From an uncultured Chloroflexia bacterium (GTDB lineage: Bacteria > Chloroflexota > Anaerolineae > DAOTYC01): 64,000 nucleotides of DNA. Below are positions 58,721 through 64,000 of this stretch, piece by piece. Location: assembly GCA_963843645.1 (NCBI GenBank), contig CAWJLE010000002.1, positions 189,909 to 253,908 on the forward strand, given 5' to 3'. The first letter of the stretch is position 1. The number at the start of each line of letters is the position of its first letter. The translations under genes and the position numbers were made by a program. The notes below the pieces were generated by a model that saw nothing but the letters and a program-made list of their open reading frames with translations, did no database searches and was not told the origin of the DNA.

Positions 58721-59644
58721 ATGACTGAAGCAACGGCAACGAGGGCAACGATGCTGCGGCGGCAGCGGTTCTCCAGGCGAGTCGGCAAATTGATGCCTTT
58801 CCTGTTCGTCGCGCCGACCGTGCTCGTGCTGATGTTCTTGATCCTGTATCCGATCATTCAGGTCTTCTACATGAGCGTGTGGGACAACTACTTCGTGTCC
58901 CCGCATCCCCGCTTCGTCGGGCTGGACAACTACCGGTGGTTGTTCCAGCAAGACGTGTTTCCGCGCATCTTCTCCAACACGGTCCTCTTCACCATCGGGT
59001 CGGTCGCCCTGCACCTGATCTTCGGGCTGGCCCTGGCCGTGCTGCTCTCCGCGAAAATCAACGAACGCGCGCGGGGCATCTTCCGCGGCGTTTTGTTGCT
59101 GCCCTGGACGTTCACCCTGGTCGTCGTGTCCGTGATCTGGCGCTTGATTCTGAACCCCTTCGGCCTGCTGAACGGCCTGCTGTCGGCCGTGGGACTGATG
59201 CAGCTGGCCGCCCCGCTCAACTGGCTCGGGGACCCGAACATCGCTCTGCCGGCGATCATCCTGATCAACTTCTGGGCGGGTTACCCGTTCGTCTTCCTGA
59301 TGCTCCTGGCGGCGCTGCAGAGCGTCCCCGCGGAGCTGTACGAGGCGGCGACCGTGGACGGCGCCGGGGAATGGGCTAAATTCTTCTTCGTGGCGATTCC
59401 GATCATCCGGCCGGTCATCCTCAGCGTTTGCCTGCTGGACGGGATCTGGAGCTTCCGGCTCTTCGACCTGGTGTACCTGACCACCGGCGGCGGCCCGCTG
59501 AACGCCACGCACGTGCTGGCCACGTTCAACTACCAGCTGGCCTTCGAAGGCTTCCAGTTCAGCCGGTCCGCGGCGCTGTCGGTCGTCCTGCTCATCTGCA
59601 CCTCGGTGATGGCCCTCTTCTACTTCCGGTTCCAGAAGGCATAG
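58721..59644 (+). CDS. sugar ABC transporter permease (MalF/UgpA-like)
   Basis: Six TM helices. EAA-like loop …AALQSVPAELYEAATVDGAGEW…. Confidence 0.9.
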   Translation: MTEATATRATMLRRQRFSRRVGKLMPFLFVAPTVLVLMFLILYPIIQVFYMSVWDNYFVSPHPRFVGLDNYRWLFQQDVFPRIFSNTVLFTIGSVALHLIFGLALAVLLSAKINERARGIFRGVLLLPWTFTLVVVSVIWRLILNPFGLLNGLLSAVGLMQLAAPLNWLGDPNIALPAIILINFWAGYPFVFLMLLAALQSVPAELYEAATVDGAGEWAKFFFVAIPIIRPVILSVCLLDGIWSFRLFDLVYLTTGGGPLNATHVLATFNYQLAFEGFQFSRSAALSVVLLICTSVMALFYFRFQKA

Positions 59645-59648
59645 GCCC

Positions 59649-60485
59649 ATGTTCACCAAAACGAACCTGCGACAACGGACGGTGATCTATTTCCTGCTGC
59701 TGCTGTCGGCCACCTTCGCCCTGACGCCCATCCTGTGGATGGCGTCCATCTCCGTCCGCCCCAACGTCGAGATCTTCCGCATCCCGCCGGCGCTGCTGCC
59801 GCCCACGTTTACCCTGGAGGCGTTCAAGACGATCTTCTCGACGCCGCAGTACCTGAGCATGTTCTTCAACAGCTACTTCGTCGGCACGTCGGTCACGCTG
59901 GTCTCACTGTTGCTGGCCACGCTGGCGGGCTACGGCTTCTCGCGCTATCGCCTGCGGGGGGGCCGGCTCTTGCAGCTCTTCATCATCGGCACGCAGATGC
60001 TGCCGCCGGTGTCGCTCATCGTGCCCTACTTCATCCTGATGAGCACGCTGAACCTGTACGACACCTATCCCGGCCTGATCGTGACCCACACCGCGTTCGT
60101 GCTGCCGTTTGCCACGCTGATGCTCACCAGCTACTTCAACACCATCCCGCAGGACCTGGAAGAGGCGGCGATGATCGACGGCTGCAGCCGCGTCGGCGCG
60201 CTGTGGCGCGTGCTCATGCCGCTGATGGTCCCCGGCGTGATCGCCACGGGCATCTATTCGTTTTTGCTGTCGTGGAACGAGTTCCTGTTTTCGGTCACCC
60301 TGACGCAGAGCGTGAACATGCGCCTGGTGCCGGTGGGCATCGCCATGTTGATGGGGGAGCACGTGTACCAGTGGAGCGTGATGATGGGCCTGTCGGTCTT
60401 CGCCAGCATCCCGCTGCTGATCATGTTCCTGTTCTTGCAGAAGTACCTCATCGCCGGCCTCACGCACGGCGCCGTGAAGGCGTAG
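59649..60485 (+). CDS. sugar ABC transporter permease (MalG/UgpE-like)
   Basis: …DLEEAAMIDGCSRVGALWRVLMPLMVPGV… EAA motif. Confidence 0.9.
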   Translation: MFTKTNLRQRTVIYFLLLLSATFALTPILWMASISVRPNVEIFRIPPALLPPTFTLEAFKTIFSTPQYLSMFFNSYFVGTSVTLVSLLLATLAGYGFSRYRLRGGRLLQLFIIGTQMLPPVSLIVPYFILMSTLNLYDTYPGLIVTHTAFVLPFATLMLTSYFNTIPQDLEEAAMIDGCSRVGALWRVLMPLMVPGVIATGIYSFLLSWNEFLFSVTLTQSVNMRLVPVGIAMLMGEHVYQWSVMMGLSVFASIPLLIMFLFLQKYLIAGLTHGAVKA

Positions 60486-60491
60486 AAGGAT

Positions 60492-60592
60492 GACCTCTCT
60501 CCCGGCCTCTCCCCTGAGAAGGGAGAGGAGAACGACAACGACCTTCTCCTCTCCCTTCTCAGGGGAGAGGCCGGGAGAGAGGTCTGCCGCTC
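60492..60592. repeat. MITE-like palindromic repeat, family P3 copy (between convergent genes; may act as terminator)
   Basis: acctctctcccggcctctcccctgagaagggagaggagaacgacaacgaccttctcctctcccttctcaggggagaggccgggagagaggt. Confidence 0.75.
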
Positions 60593-60596
60593 CAGC

Positions 60597-61664
60597 CTAC
60601 AATCGGCCTTCGCCGCCGAAGAAGCGGCCGAACGGGACCTCCGGCGTGCGGCCGTGGACGACGATGTCGATCAGGGTGCGCATGAGGGGGAACTCGTCGG
60701 GCCGGACCACGCCGCGCTCCGTGAGCCGGGGCAGGGCCTTGCCCATGTTGCGGATGATCTCCGCCGATTCCAGGGTCTCGCCGGCCATGATCTGCCGGGC
60801 CTCGGCGTAGGTGTGGCCCGCGCCGAGCAGGTTCCCCAGGCGGACCGTGCGCCCGCCCTGGGCGGTGACGTACTGGTCGCCGGCGCCGGGCAGGCCGTAC
60901 GCGAACTTCAGCGTGCCGCCCACGATCTCCATCCAGCGCGCGATCTCGGTCGTGCCCTGGGCGAACAGGCCGGACGCCATGTTCCACGTGCTGCCGCCGT
61001 ACTCGTTGGCGCCGCCCAGCTTCTGCAGCGCGCCGCCGGCCAGGCCCACGCCCAGCACGTAGGCGTTCTTCAGGGCCGCGCAGGACTCCAGGCCCAGGAG
61101 ATCGGTCGTCGTCCAGATGTGATAGTAGGAGGTGCGGAAGGTCGAGGCCAGCCGCTCCACGGCGTCCCCGTCGCGGCAGCCGAACACGACGCAGATCGTG
61201 CGCCTGGCCGCCAGCTCCCCGGCGATGCACGGGCCGCCGACCGCCGCCAGCTGAACCCGGTCGCGGACCGCCGCCGGCAGCTCGCCGCGCACCACGTCGG
61301 GCAGGATCACCAGGTCGCCGTCGTCCGTGGCCTCCAGGCCCTTGGTGATGGCGATGATGAGCTGGCCGGGGCGCACGTACGGGCCGATGGCCGGGCCGAT
61401 CCAGTGGACGCCCAGCGAGTTCACGCCGCTGACGATGATGTCCGCGCCGTCCAGGGCCTCCGCCAGGTCCTCCACGAAGTAGGCCTGCACGCCCGCGGGC
61501 AGCTCCCGCTTCAGCTTCGGGTGGATGCGCGTCTCGCGGCAGCTGCGGATGATGTCCGCGTCCAGGTGGGTGCCGACCAGCCGAACCTCGTGCCCGTTGT
61601 CCGCCAGGGGATAGGCCACCGCCGTCCCCATGAATCCCGCTCCCACGATCGTGACTCTCGCCAT
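60597..61664 (-). CDS. gpsA: NAD(P)H-dependent glycerol-3-phosphate dehydrogenase
   Basis: MARVTIVGAGFMGTAVAYPLADNGHEV… Rossmann N-terminus. …GLESCAALKNAYVLGVGLAGG… GpsA core. AAAGGAG RBS. Confidence 0.9.
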   Translation of the reverse strand: MARVTIVGAGFMGTAVAYPLADNGHEVRLVGTHLDADIIRSCRETRIHPKLKRELPAGVQAYFVEDLAEALDGADIIVSGVNSLGVHWIGPAIGPYVRPGQLIIAITKGLEATDDGDLVILPDVVRGELPAAVRDRVQLAAVGGPCIAGELAARRTICVVFGCRDGDAVERLASTFRTSYYHIWTTTDLLGLESCAALKNAYVLGVGLAGGALQKLGGANEYGGSTWNMASGLFAQGTTEIARWMEIVGGTLKFAYGLPGAGDQYVTAQGGRTVRLGNLLGAGHTYAEARQIMAGETLESAEIIRNMGKALPRLTERGVVRPDEFPLMRTLIDIVVHGRTPEVPFGRFFGGEGRL

Positions 61665-61677
61665 GGTCATCTCCTTT

Positions 61678-61744
61678 AAACTTCCGAAGTTTTGGGAACT
61701 TCGGAAGTTTGGAAATATTGGAAATTTGGACACATCGGAAGTCT
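61678..61744. promoter_or_regulatory. AACTTCCGAAGTTTTGGGAACTTCGGAAGTTT palindrome pair plus GGAAAT repeats (site 5 of 5), abutting the gpsA RBS
   Basis: Read directly. Confidence 0.45.
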
Positions 61745-62124
61745 TAGCTGATATTCAACGCCCAGCAGAGGCAGGATGGTGGGCAAGCCCGTGGCCAGTC
61801 TCTGCGGTCCCACATTGTACCACATCACGCGCGCTATTCCGAAGCCTGCCCTGCCCTGCGCCCCCCCACCGAGTTGACAGACCATTCGAATCAGGTTACA
61901 TTGACCTGAACCTGGATGTGATCGTACTGACGGCCGCGGCGGCGATGAATTTCACCCGGCGCGACATCGCGTACACGCTGGTGGTCCTGTGGGGGCTGGG
62001 CGGGGTCGCGGTCGAGCACGCCGCCCACCTGGATCACCCATGACACTGGTGGTGCTGACCCTGCCGGCCGCATCGGCGCTCGGACGCGACCCGGATCGGG
62101 AGACGCAGCGTTAGGAGGAACCCC

Positions 62125-62592
62125 GTGCCCAAAGTTGACCTGAACGTTCCCGCCCCCGATTTTACCTTGGCCGATTTCACGGGCCGCACGGTTCGACTGT
62201 CGGATTTCCGCGGCAAGTCGCACGTTCTGCTCGTGTTCAACCGCGGCTTTGCCTGACCGTTCTGCCGACAGCACATGGCACAGTTGTGCCAGGACTACGA
62301 GGAGTTCGTCCGCAGGCAAGCCGAGGTGATCGCGGTCGGTCCGGAAGACGCCCGCGCCTTTGAGGCGTACTGGCGTGAGCTCGACCTGCCCTTCATCGGC
62401 CTGCCGGACCCAAAGGTCTCGGTGCTCAAGCTGTATGGGCAGGAAGTCAACCTGTTCAGACTGGGCCGCATGCCGGCCCAGGTGATCGTGGACAAGGCCG
62501 GCGTAGCGCGCTTCGTGCACTACGGCCACTCGATGTCCGACATCCCGGAGAACGCCGAGGTCCTGGCGTTGCTGGATGGATTGAATGCCTGA
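62125..62592 (+). CDS. thioredoxin-fold redoxin/peroxiredoxin-like protein with in-frame TGA at the first Cys of a CxxC motif (candidate selenoprotein, U-P-F-C)
   Basis: AGGAGG RBS then GTG. …HVLLVFNRGFA-TGA-PFCRQHMAQL… with TGA at 62254-62256 in frame. Codon bias continues through it. Small hairpin UGGCAC-AGUU-GUGCCA lies 20 nt downstream. Confidence 0.55.
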
Positions 62593-62745
62593 TTCCGGCG
62601 GTGCACAGCAATGAGACGAGGCACACTGCCTGTAGTGCGCCTCGTCTCATTGCCACAATATGGGCGATGAACACAACTCAGCCGAGAATTTCCAATCGCC
62701 GTGGGCGCTGAAATCAGGTCTCCGGCAACGACCGGTTAATCCACA

Positions 62746-63249
62746 TCATTCGCCCAAATTCTTGAATATCGGCAGGTCGCCCGGCTCGTAGGTGAGCATA
62801 TCAGCGACGTCGCGCGTCTCCTCGATGCTGAGCGGGAAGAACTTGCCGCGGCCGCGCGCGTAGATCGTGCCTTCGGCGTCGCGCACCTCGCCCTCGGCGA
62901 CCCAGTAGCGCCCCCGATCCTCCGCCACCCACGACACGATGTGGTACGGCCGCTCGCTCGCCAACGGCTTGACGTAACGCACGGTCAGCTCCGCGGTCAC
63001 CGTGAAGCGGTCGCACTGCAGCGAGACCGCCCAGCCCAGAATTTCATCCAACACCGTGCCGACGATCCCGCCGTGCACGACGCCGGTGTAACCCGTGAAA
63101 TGTTCGGCCGGCGTGAAGTCGACGTGGACCCGGCCGTCGCCCAAAGTATAGAAGCGGACGTGCAGTCCGCCCTGGTTGTCCGCCCCGCACACGAAACAGG
63201 TGGCGCCCGTTGGCAGGTAGCGCCGGCCGTTCTCATTGCTTGCTGGCAT
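62746..63249 (-). CDS. PaaI/hotdog-fold thioesterase
   Basis: …FTGYTGVVHGGIVGTVLDEILGWA… is the thioesterase-superfamily motif. Confidence 0.85.
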   Translation of the reverse strand: MPASNENGRRYLPTGATCFVCGADNQGGLHVRFYTLGDGRVHVDFTPAEHFTGYTGVVHGGIVGTVLDEILGWAVSLQCDRFTVTAELTVRYVKPLASERPYHIVSWVAEDRGRYWVAEGEVRDAEGTIYARGRGKFFPLSIEETRDVADMLTYEPGDLPIFKNLGE

Positions 63250-63360
63250 GGTAGTTTCCTCCCGGGACCGAGATGAATGCGTGGCTATTCTACCACAAAC
63301 GGCGGGACTACTGAAGTCTTCGATTGAACCGGGTGTATCCCCGATTTTGGGTGAGATCGT

Positions 63361-63520
63361 GGCCGCGACTTATGTCACCCTGAGGGAGCGCCGTTTGCGA
63401 CCGAAGGGTCTCGCGCGCGAGAAAGGACATTGTCAATCGCACGACTGGGGACATTCCTTCTCGCGCGCTAGACCCTTCGGTCGCAAACGGCGCTCCCTCA
63501 GGGTGACATAAGTCGCAGCC
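63361..63520. repeat. MITE-like palindromic repeat, family P2 copy
   Basis: …ATGTCACCCTGAGGGAGCGCCGTTTGCGACCGAAGGGTCTCGCGCGCGAGAAAGGACATTGTCAATCGCACGACTGGGG…. Confidence 0.75.
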
Positions 63521-63935
63521 GCGATCTCGCCCATAATCGGGGATTTGCCCTGGGCGAGTGACTTCTCTCCGGGCGGTCTCCGATGCCCGCCGGTCCAGGC
63601 GCCGGGCCGGTCTCCGATGCCCGCCGGTCCAGGGCGACCAAGGTCGCGTCTGGATTACGAAGCCCGCCTCCGCGGGCTAACGACAACGAAAATGCAATTT
63701 CCCTGTCGTTGCCGTTAGCCCGCGGAGGCGGGCTTCGTAATCCAGACGCGACCTTGGTCGCCCTGGACCGGCGGGCATCGGAGACCGGCCCGGCGCCTAG
63801 ACCGGCGGGCATCGGAGACCGCCCGGCGCCTAGACCGGCGGGCATCGGAGACCGGCCCGGCGTCTAGACCGGCGGGCATCGGAGACCGGCCCGGCGTCTA
63901 GACCGGCGGGCATCGGAGACCGCCCGGAGAGAAGT
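63512..63935. repeat. composite ~420-bp palindrome: family P1 core (63621-63775) flanked by 2+5 tandem ~34-bp repeats (AGACCGGCGGGCATCGGAGACCGGCCCGGCGTCT) inside an outer inverted repeat
   Basis: Nested inverted and tandem repeats read directly. Confidence 0.7.
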
Positions 63936-64000
63936 CACTCGCCCAGTCGTGGTCTTACGGCCGGCCGCCGGAGGCCTGCTCGAACATGCGGCGCTTGCTG

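Noticed and set aside
53601-58857. Long minus-strand ORFs (53601..55130, 55512..57032, 57178..58857) antisense to the FGGY kinase, ADP-kinase-like and SBP genes
   Set aside because: Antisense artefacts. Plus-strand products have clear family motifs and RBSs.
62254-62256. In-frame TGA in the redoxin gene as a simple sequencing error or pseudogene
   Set aside because: Not rejected outright. However, the errors elsewhere in this window are indels, the TGA replaces exactly the redox-active Cys, and the frame stays coding afterwards. I therefore report it as a selenoprotein candidate rather than a pseudogene.

Overview
High-GC (~68%) bacterial chromosomal segment; lineage cannot be assigned from sequence alone. 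I found no rRNA, tRNA or CRISPR. Read left to right, the window contains the following. (1) 1-7.7 kb: a co-directional operon of uncharacterised, possibly phage- or plasmid-derived genes. It includes a protein with an internal tandem duplication, a winged-helix replication-initiator-like protein and a 778-aa protein. Structured palindromic or tandem elements sit between nearly every cistron. (2) 7.7-12.0 kb: a sharply lower-GC (~50%) four-gene island. It encodes a wHTH protein, an NDT/TIR-like (SLOG-fold) N-glycosidase-motif protein, a DUF2971 protein and a fourth unknown protein. This is my top candidate for an undescribed defence-type system. (3) 12-24.6 kb: housekeeping genes (PhzF, GYD, orphan OmpR response regulator, TetR operons with operators, tandem ICMT-family methyltransferases, an FMN reductase). 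A minimal Flp-pilus module is also present (TadG-like vWA protein, pentapeptide-repeat protein, Flp pilin). (4) 24.6-25.8 kb: a 1.27-kb non-coding array of nested palindromic and tandem repeats. (5) 26-35 kb: secreted and cell-surface proteins (CARDB, NBR1-type Ig domains, flotillin, β-trefoil). (6) 35.3-37.2 kb: a lower-GC AAA_21 ATPase plus DUF4276 (Toprim-like) pair, i.e. a split OLD-like module. (7) 40.5-42.4 kb: a DarT/DarG toxin-antitoxin cassette inserted at the 3' end of a UroD-family gene, flanked by a ~170-bp duplication of that gene's end. (8) 42-61.7 kb: three sugar ABC transporter operons, two UroD-family paralogues, an IS110 element, an FGGY kinase, an ADP-dependent-kinase-family protein and GpsA. 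A recurrent 13-bp palindrome (AACTTC-s-GAAGTT) sits upstream of several of these genes. (9) A thioredoxin-fold redoxin gene has an in-frame TGA at the first Cys of a CxxC motif, making it a selenoprotein candidate. Several distinct MITE-like palindromic repeat families are scattered in intergenic regions. About nine genes carry frameshifts, so indel errors in the assembly are a real possibility. Coordinates I derived by counting may be off by 1-2 nt.
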